Of a stretch of DNA of 32,000 bases, positions 11,760 through 20,382 are shown one piece after another. The notes under the pieces are model-generated. The model did no database searches and was not told the origin of the DNA. It saw nothing but the letters and a program-made list of their open reading frames with translations. The DNA is taken from positions 30,001 through 62,000 of the forward strand of contig NZ_QLIR01000002.1 in the NCBI RefSeq assembly GCF_003428155.1, given 5' to 3'. Both the position numbers and the translations under genes were made by a program. Position 1 is the first letter of the stretch. Every line of letters begins with the position of its first letter. The DNA comes from Fastidiosibacter lacustris. GTDB taxonomy: Bacteria; Pseudomonadota; Gammaproteobacteria; Francisellales; Francisellaceae.

Positions 11760-12140
11760 GTTTGCATGAGAAAGATAATAAATCGCATATAAATGTTATG
11801 TCTTCAAAAGTATGAATATATTCATTCGAAGAGTATGTTAATTCTTCTGTTGAAGTTGTAGAAATAAGAGAAATATGCACTCAGAAATCCCTACTTTATT
11901 GATAGCGTAGTCATGCATTGCTTGACTACTATCAATGCAAGCGATGGCTTTAGGATCATTTTTAATTGTATACAGAGCCAGACTATGCCTTGCAGGTCCT
12001 GCACAAAGCTCTAACATATGAATTTTATCTATTTGTAAGTAGTTTTTTAGATTCAGGATTTAACCACGAAAGTCCCAATCTTGGGGAATAGTATCGTATA
12101 TTTCCGGCATGCTTTCATAAAAGTTATTAATACTATTCAT
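11760..12140 (-). pseudogene. Class I SAM-dependent methyltransferase, inactivated
   Basis: The ATG at 12140 overlaps the MFS stop by 8 nt. It reads MNSINNFYESMPEIYDTIPQDWDFRG, then an in-frame TAA (12060-12062), then ILNLKNYLQIDKIHMLELCAGPARHSLAL (motif I) and ACIDSSQAMHDYA (motif II). The frame is lost near 11880. The 3' boundary is approximate. Confidence 0.6.
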
Positions 12141-13326
12141 TTCTCACCCATAATAATGTTAACGTTGATACAAAAGACAATACCCCGATAAAAATCAGCG
12201 TATTGCCAACACCAAAATATTTATAAATTAACGTGATATTAAACCCACCAAAACTAGCTAATACTCTTTCACCAGCTGCTAAAGATAATAAACCAAAAAT
12301 ACGATTACTATCTTTGAATAGGGTATTGTTTAGCTCACCTAACGGTCCATATTCAAGATCACCAAAAACGAACATACTCAATGTCATAATAGCAAATACA
12401 ACTATATTAGACACAAAAAAACCCATCATAATAAAGCTAATTGAAAATAACCATCGCAATACAACCACTTGCCACATCAGGTTATTTGATATTAGCTCAA
12501 TGTAGCGATACAACCAAATAACGCACAATCCGCTTAGCAAGTAGATCAAGCCATAAATGCTGGAATTAACAAGCAATGAGTAATGCATTGTGTCACCAAG
12601 TATATTCTGAAATACAGGCATCCAAATAACCGCATAACCGTTATAGATAAAACCTAATATTGCAAAAAAAATCAAAACCATTAAAAACTTTCTATCACGA
12701 AAAAAATATATATGCCTAAAAAATGAAAAATTAGCATCATGGGACTTTAATGATTTACCATCAATGACCAAAAATATAGTGACGGTGTAAAATAATAAAA
12801 GCACAAATATTAATTTGAACGTATAAGCGTATCGATAAAGTTGAGTCATGAATGCACTAAAAACAATCCCTAAAAATGTTGCAAAATTTGACAGAGATTG
12901 TGTTTTGCTAAAAACCTTAGTTTTGCTGATAGAATATTGTAATTTATGAATACTATTAACATACCATCCTTGCAGCACACCTGAAAACGTTGCCATCCCT
13001 AGACCCCAAAAAACAAATGCCACATACATCAATGATAGAGTGTCACTTAATGCAAACAACAATGCAGAGAAAGCTTCTATTATTAAGCCAAAGACAAATA
13101 TTAGTTTACGGTTAGACATATCAGCTAGTATGCTCAATGGAAGTATGCCTAATATGGTTGTTATTGACATAATGGAATAACCAACACCAATACTTACAAT
13201 AGAAAAACCAATATCTAATAAAAACAGGGTTAAAATCGGAAACTTCATCGTGATGATAAATCTATAAAATGAAAAGAACAGGTAATAACTTACCGTTAAT
13301 TGAGACTCACTTAAGAGAATTTTCAC
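12133..13326 (-). CDS. MFS-like 12-TM transporter
   Basis: The 397-aa product is hydrophobic throughout, with a motif-A-like loop LADMSNRKL after TM2. Its GTG start overlaps the radical SAM TGA (GTGA overlap), which implies translational coupling. Confidence 0.75.
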   Translation of the reverse strand: MKILLSESQLTVSYYLFFSFYRFIITMKFPILTLFLLDIGFSIVSIGVGYSIMSITTILGILPLSILADMSNRKLIFVFGLIIEAFSALLFALSDTLSLMYVAFVFWGLGMATFSGVLQGWYVNSIHKLQYSISKTKVFSKTQSLSNFATFLGIVFSAFMTQLYRYAYTFKLIFVLLLFYTVTIFLVIDGKSLKSHDANFSFFRHIYFFRDRKFLMVLIFFAILGFIYNGYAVIWMPVFQNILGDTMHYSLLVNSSIYGLIYLLSGLCVIWLYRYIELISNNLMWQVVVLRWLFSISFIMMGFFVSNIVVFAIMTLSMFVFGDLEYGPLGELNNTLFKDSNRIFGLLSLAAGERVLASFGGFNITLIYKYFGVGNTLIFIGVLSFVSTLTLLWVRNE

Positions 13327-14984
13327 TCAGTTACATCCATGTTTATATTATTTACATAGGCATGGTATTCACTTAATGGTGGAATAACCTCATCGAATCC
13401 ATGGTCTCCAATATAGACTTTATTGCCATCATGCGTCAATATTGTTTCATTTTTTGTACATGTTTCACTAAGCCGTTTAGGCAAGAATCTTTGATTAAAG
13501 AGATCTATCATCTCAAATAATAATATTTGATTTTTCTTAATGCTTTCCTTGGACATTTTTAATGAGCCTTTCTCAAATTCGCCAACATAATAATTTGCTA
13601 AATACAAACTAAACTTATCAAGGTTAGCAAACCAGGCTTCAATTCCTTTTTGAATAGGCTTAATTTCATGCAAATAGGCAAAATTTAATTCCGTACTTTT
13701 CTTTTCATTCTCATATGATAATGATCGTAAGACTTCAATTAATGGCTCAAATTCAGTGTTGAATACATATTTATTGGTGTTTTGGGAACGAAAATACATT
13801 GTCCATTTCGTATAAGTCATGTCACTAAATAAATACTTTTCTAAGCCTTTATTATCCCAACTATGCTCTATATTTAATAAAATAGTCTGTACTCTAAGGC
13901 AGCTGGCATTTTCATGAGTCATAAAGTCATTTAAAGTCTTTATATTATGCTTCAAGGACAATATAGTAGTATTTCTATTAAATGGGATCATGCTTAAAAA
14001 TATATTAATATCCCTGTCTAATAGGTTGATTACACTAGCTTTGATCGTTTCACTTTTTAAATGTTTGTTAAGCTGATCTAAATCACTTTGATAAAATGAC
14101 TCCGCCCCCATATAGACATTATATAATCCAGCCTTCTTTAACAAATCATAATCATTAAATAACTCTAGAGTATCCGCTCGACAATATATCATAAAATTAA
14201 TGTCTGGAAACTTTATGGATATGAGTCTCAACAGTTCTTTACGTTCCTTGTGAAATTTTTTGTTTGCTCCTAAAAATTCCAAATCGAAAAAGAAGAATTT
14301 CCTAATACCCTCCTTGTAATATGTATCAATATCACTAATGATTAAACTATTGCTCCTTGTGCTCCATCTAGATGGGAATGTTGTAAAATTATTAACAAAA
14401 CAGAAATCACACTTATAAACACAGCCTCTAGTAGTTTCTATTGCAGCAGTAAAAAGTTTTTCCTTTTCCTTAGAAACTATTGATCCCATATAGTACGGTG
14501 TTTGTTTGCAATGTATAGAGTGAATATAAGGACTTTTTACCGTTAATCCTACTGATTTGGCTAATTCCATTTCACTATGAATAACGAAATTGATGTCAGT
14601 ATTTATATATTTCCTGAGTTTTTTACTTGCTGTTGCTATTTGCCCATAAATATTAACACTTGCTTTTGGATAATGCTTTTTTACATTTTCTGCCAACCGA
14701 ACAGCATAATGAGGTACTGAACCTCTTTCCCGTGAAACTATAATATAAATTTTATCTTCACCAAGAAGGTAGTCTGCGCTAGATAAGTCTGGATTCAAGA
14801 CGAAATCTTTAACTATACATTCATGGTTACCCTCCACATGGTTATCCACGAAACCTAAAAATGAAGTTATAATAGGGTCTTCTTGAGTGGATACAGAGTT
14901 ATAATGATCCGCTTGAGGCGGTCTAACAAAAACAAGAAACAAACCATTCTCCCAAAACTCAAAATAAAACGCATAAAAACACAC
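13323..14984 (-). CDS. Radical SAM enzyme, probably class B-like, with a C-terminal extension of about 200 aa
   Basis: It has the CX3CX2C cluster motif IETTRGCVYKCDFCFV. An N-terminal ~190-aa alpha/beta region (LFLVFVRPP..., KIYIIVS...) sits where class B enzymes carry the B12-binding domain. GTG is the only available start. Confidence 0.85.
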   Translation of the reverse strand: MCFYAFYFEFWENGLFLVFVRPPQADHYNSVSTQEDPIITSFLGFVDNHVEGNHECIVKDFVLNPDLSSADYLLGEDKIYIIVSRERGSVPHYAVRLAENVKKHYPKASVNIYGQIATASKKLRKYINTDINFVIHSEMELAKSVGLTVKSPYIHSIHCKQTPYYMGSIVSKEKEKLFTAAIETTRGCVYKCDFCFVNNFTTFPSRWSTRSNSLIISDIDTYYKEGIRKFFFFDLEFLGANKKFHKERKELLRLISIKFPDINFMIYCRADTLELFNDYDLLKKAGLYNVYMGAESFYQSDLDQLNKHLKSETIKASVINLLDRDINIFLSMIPFNRNTTILSLKHNIKTLNDFMTHENASCLRVQTILLNIEHSWDNKGLEKYLFSDMTYTKWTMYFRSQNTNKYVFNTEFEPLIEVLRSLSYENEKKSTELNFAYLHEIKPIQKGIEAWFANLDKFSLYLANYYVGEFEKGSLKMSKESIKKNQILLFEMIDLFNQRFLPKRLSETCTKNETILTHDGNKVYIGDHGFDEVIPPLSEYHAYVNNINMDVTE

Positions 14985-15078
14985 TTTCCGGAATAATTAG
15001 TCCTCGGCATCTTTTTTATCGTATAGATTTTTAAAAATTTAACTCATAAGTATCTCTGAAGTTACGCGAATATGATTA

Positions 15079-15189
15079 TTACCCTTCGGCATTCTGAAAA
15101 GTAACAAAACTTCTACGCAAATCACTATTTACTTTACTTGACGCAAGTTGACCAGAAAAAAAATCATTCATAATTTCTTTTGCATCCAT
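15079..15189 (-). CDS. Unannotated 36-codon ORF, candidate precursor peptide (MDAKEIMNDFFSGQLASSKVNSDLRRSFVTFQNAEG)
   Basis: I translated it by hand. The ATG at 15189 is preceded by GGAG with an 8-nt spacer, and the TAA stop is at 15079-15081. It lies 94 nt upstream of the radical SAM start on the same strand. It is too short for the ORF track. Confidence 0.4.
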   Translation of the reverse strand: MDAKEIMNDFFSGQLASSKVNSDLRRSFVTFQNAEG

Positions 15190-15216
15190 AAAAAACGCTC
15201 CTATATTGAGTTGGTT

Positions 15217-15245
15217 GATATAAATTTGATTAAACTTAATGTAAA
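15217..15245 (-). promoter_or_regulatory. Possible sigma70-type promoter for the small ORF / radical SAM cassette
   Basis: On the minus strand this reads TTTACA (15245-15240), a 17-nt spacer, then TATATC (15222-15217), about 28 nt upstream of the small-ORF ATG. The AT-rich context makes chance matches likely. Confidence 0.25.
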
Positions 15246-15477
15246 TAAGTTACAAAAAATCTCATCTCGCTAAGAGTAAAAAAAACGGTTATGTGTCAAT
15301 ATAAAACATTTAAAAAAGTTAAATTTTGTATATTTTTTATTTTCTTATGAATTTTTAGAAATGATATTATTGGTAATATATCAAAACAAAAGATTGGAAA
15401 AATAGTTTGTAAGAGCTCCTACCTAATGTGTCTTGCTTTTTTGAGGGCATTTATTCCTAACTGAATACGCTAAATCA

Positions 15478-15559
15478 AGATGAAGTTTGTGAAACCTCAT
15501 ACAAGGATCGAGGAGGAAAATATCAAGGGCAGACAGGGGTGACTCTACCAAGAGCATAA
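15478..15559. repeat. Right copy of the 82-bp direct repeat (attR-like); orphan dcd 3' remnant
   Basis: It encodes [26 protein letters not shown]-stop, in register with the dcd end (...LPKT-stop). Differences from the left copy are mostly synonymous. The sequence upstream of 15478 is unrelated to dcd. Confidence 0.85.
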
Positions 15560-15689
15560 AAAATCAAATATTAGTGTATAGGTGTATGTATAAATTTAGT
15601 GACTATAAATTACCTAATCAGGTTGAGTTTGCACCATATTTTTTATTAAATGATAAACGTTTTTACATTTAATAAGATGGATTAAAGGT

Positions 15690-17615
15690 ATGCGATTGAT
15701 ACTTTTGGCGTTTTTAGGTTTGGCATTAACAACATTTTCCTTTAGTTATGGAATGGATAAGGCAGAAATTGCCGAGTATTATAAAGCTAAAGATTTACTA
15801 TCGAAAAAAAATTATAAAGCCTATTATCAAGTCAAAGCAAAACTAACAAAAACGCCATTATATACTTATTTGCAATATCAAGAAATTTTATCTGATCCAG
15901 AGCATTTTAAAGATCAGACAATAGAAGACTTTTTAAAAGTGAATCAAGGCAGCTTCTGGGCAGCAGAATTAAGAAAAGATCTGGCTAACTATTATATCAG
16001 TAAACAAAGTTGGTCACGTTTTCTGCAATATTATGAAGGGAACTTGGGTGTAAATGGTCAGTGTTATGCTATTCAGGCTAAGTATGCAACTGGAGAGCAA
16101 GAAGCAGCTTTGGCAGATTTTACCAAACTTTGGTTGTCACGCGTACGTTTGCCTAAAGCATGTAATGATTTCGAAACTATCTGGCAGAATAAGATTATGC
16201 CAAGTGAAAGAGAGATTCGCTTAAAAACTTATGCACTTGCTACTACAGGTTATGTTGACCAAGCCTTAAAATGGATAAATAAAACTAACAATAAAACTCT
16301 CCAAGGTTTTTATGGTTTATGGTTAAAAGCATCGCAAAACCCTAAAAAATTTATGATTGATTGGGTAGAAGAGTACCATCAGATTAATGGCTTTTCATCT
16401 GCAATTGTGAGTGTAATGGACAACTTGTCTGCTAAAGATGTGTATTATGCTGCATCATTTTGGCAAGACTTTAAGCAGAAAAGTTTATTAGATGATAAAA
16501 CGATTAATCTCATTAATGCTGAAATCGCAATTGATTTTGCGAGAAGTCATCATAAAGAAGCATTGACATGGCTTAAGCTAGTTGAAAGCGAATATGCATC
16601 AAGTTTGCTGTGGCAGTGGCGTTTACGTACGGCTTTATATTGGCAGGATTATAAGCTCTATTTAAAATGGTATGATGAACTATCTACTGACTTGAAAAGT
16701 GCTGATGAATGGCGTTATTGGCAGGCAAAAAGCTTGGCAGCATTAAAGCAAATGGATAAAGCTAAGCCTATATTTACTGAGCTTGCAAAACAATTAAGCT
16801 ACTATGGATTTTTATCAGCAGATGTATTGAAACTTCCCTATGTACTTACTAATGAGAATGCAATTGTTGCCCTTGATGTAATTAAAAATATGAAAAACAA
16901 TCTTACTGTACAGCAAGTTTTTGATTTATATCAGATAGGAGAGTATGGTTTATCTTATTCACTATGGCGCTGGAGCATGAATAGTTTTACACGTGAAGAG
17001 TTATTGGCAATTGCTAAACTTGCCCATGATGACAAGATTTACCAAATTTCGGTTAGTGCTTATGGCAATTCTGGTGCCGTGAATGATTTAGTAGGGTTAT
17101 ATCCATTGGCTTTTTGGTCAGATGTAAAAAAGGCAGCAAAGGACTTTGAGATACAGCCAGATGTTATTATCGCGATGATGCGTCAAGAGTCAGCCTTTCG
17201 CGTGCATGGCATATCATCAGCAAGTGCCACAGGTTTAATGCAGTTGTTACCTTCTACAGCCGAATTTTTAGCAAAGAAATATCGTTTAGATTATAAAGAC
17301 GGTGACTTATATCAACCCAATAAAGTAATTATTCTGGGTGCGGCTAATTTAAATTTTATGGATAAGCTTTTTAATGGCAAACTGGTGCTGGGGATGGCTG
17401 CGTATAATGCTGGACAAGGAAATGTTGCAAATTGGCTACCAGAACACACAATGAATGCGGATCAGTGGATTGAGATCATGCCGTTTGGTGAGACGCGGCA
17501 ATATGTGAAAAATATCCTTCGAAATCTCGTGGTTTATAACCAGGTTATTCTAGGCAATAAAACCTTTCATTTAAGCCAGCTGATGTTACCGATATCGAAA
17601 AAAGATAAGTCATAA
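15690..17615 (+). CDS. slt: Soluble lytic murein transglycosylase
   Basis: It has a signal peptide (MRLILLAFLGLALTTFSFSYG), a long superhelical N-terminal region, and a C-terminal SLT domain with catalytic MRQESAF, GLMQLLPSTA and AYNAG. Confidence 0.9.
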   Translation: MRLILLAFLGLALTTFSFSYGMDKAEIAEYYKAKDLLSKKNYKAYYQVKAKLTKTPLYTYLQYQEILSDPEHFKDQTIEDFLKVNQGSFWAAELRKDLANYYISKQSWSRFLQYYEGNLGVNGQCYAIQAKYATGEQEAALADFTKLWLSRVRLPKACNDFETIWQNKIMPSEREIRLKTYALATTGYVDQALKWINKTNNKTLQGFYGLWLKASQNPKKFMIDWVEEYHQINGFSSAIVSVMDNLSAKDVYYAASFWQDFKQKSLLDDKTINLINAEIAIDFARSHHKEALTWLKLVESEYASSLLWQWRLRTALYWQDYKLYLKWYDELSTDLKSADEWRYWQAKSLAALKQMDKAKPIFTELAKQLSYYGFLSADVLKLPYVLTNENAIVALDVIKNMKNNLTVQQVFDLYQIGEYGLSYSLWRWSMNSFTREELLAIAKLAHDDKIYQISVSAYGNSGAVNDLVGLYPLAFWSDVKKAAKDFEIQPDVIIAMMRQESAFRVHGISSASATGLMQLLPSTAEFLAKKYRLDYKDGDLYQPNKVIILGAANLNFMDKLFNGKLVLGMAAYNAGQGNVANWLPEHTMNADQWIEIMPFGETRQYVKNILRNLVVYNQVILGNKTFHLSQLMLPISKKDKS

Positions 17616-17737
17616 AAGATAAGTCATTCATGAAGCAAAGTTGACGAAATAAAAATGGCGCTAATCACTTTTGACTTCACTTAGTTCATAGTAAACTACT
17701 CGATGATTTAAAATAGTATTTTCCAAAGTGAGCTACC

Positions 17738-20326
17738 ATGATTACAACAAATGAAATTAGGCGATCTTTTATTGAGTTCTTTAAGGCTAAAGGACATGAA
17801 CCAATTGCAAGTTCATCATTAGTGCCAACCAATGATGAAACACTTTTATTTACTAATGCTGGGATGGTGCAATTTAAAGATGTATTTTTAGGCGTAGATA
17901 AAAGAGGGTATAGCCGAGCCGTAACAGCTCAGAAATGTCTTCGGGCTGGTGGTAAGCATAACGACTTAGAAAATGTAGGCTATACAGCGCGTCACCATAC
18001 TTTCTTTGAAATGCTAGGGAACTTTAGTTTTGGTGATTATTTTAAGCGTGATGCTATTTTTTTTGCTTGGGAGTATTTAACAGTAGTTTTAAAATTACCT
18101 CAAAATAGGTTATGGGTAACTGTTTTTGAAGAGGATAAAGAAGCTGAGGAGATTTGGTTAAAAGAAGTTGGTATTGACTCACAGCGTTTATCACGCATAG
18201 GAGCAAAAGATAATTTTTGGTCTATGGGTGATACAGGACCTTGTGGACCGTGTACAGAAATTTTTTATGATCATGGTGAGGAAGTTGTAGGTGGTCCTCC
18301 TGGCACCCTTGAAGAAGATGGTGATCGTTATATTGAGATCTGGAACTTGGTTTTTATGCAATATAACCGACTTTTGGATGGCACCTTAGAGAAATTACCT
18401 AATCCATCGGTGGATACTGGTATGGGGTTAGAAAGAATTGCTGCTGTTTTACAGCATGTGCATAGCAATTACGAAATTGATTTGTTCCAAAAACTTATTG
18501 ATGCAGCAGCGAGAATAACAAATAGTGACGATTTCAATAATCCTTCATTAAAGGTATTGGCTGATCATATTCGTGCTTGTGCTTTTTTGATTGCAGATGG
18601 TGTATTACCGTCAAATGAAGGTCGTGGTTATGTATTAAGACGCATTATTAGGCGTGCTATTCGTCATGGTCATAAGGTTGGGGCAGTAGAGACGTTTTTT
18701 TATAAACTCGTTTCTACCTTAGTAGAAGTGATGGCAGATGCTTATCCCGACTTAAAGTTAAAGCAAGCATCGATTAAAGAAGCACTTAAAAAAGAAGAAC
18801 AACAGTTTGAAAAAACACTTAGTAATGGTATGAAAATATTAGAAGAAAGTATCAGCAACCTTACTGACTCTATCATACCCGGAGATATCGCTTTTAGGCT
18901 TTATGACACCTATGGTTTCCCACTTGATTTAACAGCAGATATTGCACGCGAGCGCAATTTAAGCGTTGATGAACAAGGTTTCTTAACTTGTATGGAAGCA
19001 CAAAAAGAGCGTGCTAAATCTGCCAGTAAGTTTGATGTGGATTATAACCAGATGATCAAAAGTCAAGTGAAAACCAGGTTTGTTGGTTATTCTGTCATTG
19101 TTTCAGATGCCACTATTAATGAAATTTATCACGATACGAAAAAAGTTATGTGCTTATCAGAAGGACAAAATGGTGTAATTATATTGGACCAAACACCATT
19201 TTATGCAGAATCAGGGGGGCAAGTTGCTGATAAAGGTGTTATTAATGCTTTAGGTAGTGTGTTTCAAGTAGAAGATGTACAGAAGTCAGGTGAGGCGTAC
19301 TTGCATATTGGACGTGTTATTAAAGGTAACTTTAATGTGGAAGATGAGGTTACAGCACAAATTGATAAGACTCGTATCACAATTGCAGCACATCATACGG
19401 CAACACATTTATTGCATGCGGCGTTAAGAGAGGTAATTGGTACTCACGTTGAGCAAAAAGGCTCATTGGTTGAGGCAAGTAAGTTTAGGTTTGACTTTTC
19501 AAATCCATCAGCAGTGACAGTGAAGCAATTAAGGGATGTTGAGCATTTAGTTAATGCTGTTATTCGTCAGAATATTGTGGTAGAAACAATCGAAACGACG
19601 CCTGCCATAGCACAAAATATGGGTGCGATGGCTTTATTTGGTGAAAAATATGGTGACATTGTCCGTGTACTTCGAGTGGGTAATTTTTCTATTGAACTTT
19701 GTGGTGGCACGCACGTTACACAAACAGGGGATATTGGTTTATTTAAAATTGTCGCTGAATCAGGGATTGCAGCTGGGGTGCGTCGTATTGAGGGCGTTAC
19801 GGGTCAATTTGCCGAGCAATATGTAGAAGCGCAGGAGGAAGTATTGGCTACGATTCACGAGCTTTTAAAATCAAGCGATGATAATGTATTAGATAAGCTT
19901 CTAAAGTTACAACAACAACTCAAAATACACGATAAAACAATCAAAACTTTAAAACAGCAGCTTGCTGGAGGTAGTGATATAGAAGTTAGAGAACAACAGA
20001 TTGCGGATGTGACTTTAATATCCGCACTATTGCCAAACGTTGATATGGGTATACTTAGAGAAAAAGTTGATCAATATAAAGCACAAAAATCTAAAGTTGT
20101 GGTAGTTCTATCAACTGAAAGTGAGGGCAAGGCACAAATTGCTGTAGGTGTTAGTAAGTCAATTACTGATAAAATCAAAGCAAGTGAGTTGATAAATTTC
20201 ATAGCTAACCAAGTGGATGGAAAAGGTGGCGGGCGTCCTGATATGGCGCAAGCAGGTGGTAATAATCCACAAAATTTACCATCTGCCATGACATCAGTAC
20301 ACGGATGGGTAAAAGAACGGCTATAA
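17738..20326 (+). CDS. alaS: Alanine--tRNA ligase
   Basis: The 862-aa product has class II motifs (FTNAGM, HHTFFEMLGNFSFGDYFK), the editing-domain HxxxH/CGGTH motif (HHTATHLLH, CGGTHV) and a C-terminal DHHA1 GGG motif. Confidence 0.97.
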   Translation: MITTNEIRRSFIEFFKAKGHEPIASSSLVPTNDETLLFTNAGMVQFKDVFLGVDKRGYSRAVTAQKCLRAGGKHNDLENVGYTARHHTFFEMLGNFSFGDYFKRDAIFFAWEYLTVVLKLPQNRLWVTVFEEDKEAEEIWLKEVGIDSQRLSRIGAKDNFWSMGDTGPCGPCTEIFYDHGEEVVGGPPGTLEEDGDRYIEIWNLVFMQYNRLLDGTLEKLPNPSVDTGMGLERIAAVLQHVHSNYEIDLFQKLIDAAARITNSDDFNNPSLKVLADHIRACAFLIADGVLPSNEGRGYVLRRIIRRAIRHGHKVGAVETFFYKLVSTLVEVMADAYPDLKLKQASIKEALKKEEQQFEKTLSNGMKILEESISNLTDSIIPGDIAFRLYDTYGFPLDLTADIARERNLSVDEQGFLTCMEAQKERAKSASKFDVDYNQMIKSQVKTRFVGYSVIVSDATINEIYHDTKKVMCLSEGQNGVIILDQTPFYAESGGQVADKGVINALGSVFQVEDVQKSGEAYLHIGRVIKGNFNVEDEVTAQIDKTRITIAAHHTATHLLHAALREVIGTHVEQKGSLVEASKFRFDFSNPSAVTVKQLRDVEHLVNAVIRQNIVVETIETTPAIAQNMGAMALFGEKYGDIVRVLRVGNFSIELCGGTHVTQTGDIGLFKIVAESGIAAGVRRIEGVTGQFAEQYVEAQEEVLATIHELLKSSDDNVLDKLLKLQQQLKIHDKTIKTLKQQLAGGSDIEVREQQIADVTLISALLPNVDMGILREKVDQYKAQKSKVVVVLSTESEGKAQIAVGVSKSITDKIKASELINFIANQVDGKGGGRPDMAQAGGNNPQNLPSAMTSVHGWVKERL

Positions 20327-20382
20327 TATTGACCATATTTAATTAATCATGATAAAAATTAATATGAACTAGGAAAAAAGGT

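Larger units (their letters stand above)
11427..15477. mobile_element. Integrase-less genomic islet inserted in the 3' end of dcd
   Basis: It is bounded by the 82-bp direct repeat that duplicates the dcd terminus. All its genes are on the opposite strand to the flanking dcd and slt. Its left part is decayed. No recombinase is present. Confidence 0.55.

Noticed and set aside
11364-11880. Track ORFs 11364-11750 and 11500-11880 as intact genes
   Set aside because: They overlap each other in different frames. One runs antisense into dcd. Their content is better explained as fragments of an MFS gene and a methyltransferase gene (see the pseudogene features).
12233-12505. Plus-strand 90-aa ORF
   Set aside because: It lies antisense to the islet MFS gene and has a low-complexity translation.
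15290-15349. Plus-strand 19-codon ORF (MCQYKTFKKVKFCIFFIFL) in the islet's AT-rich right arm
   Set aside because: It has no Shine-Dalgarno, sits in extremely AT-rich sequence, and faces away from the cassette. It is most likely a chance ORF.
17601-17628. 14-bp tandem duplication (AAAGATAAGTCATA / AAAGATAAGTCATT) straddling the slt stop codon
   Set aside because: The duplication is real, but its only apparent effect is to move the slt stop about 5 codons earlier (KKDKS-stop instead of KKDKSFMKQS-stop). There is no evidence of function.
19623-20289. ORFs 19623-19826 and 20071-20289 within alaS
   Set aside because: They are alternative-frame or antisense ORFs inside a full-length alaS.
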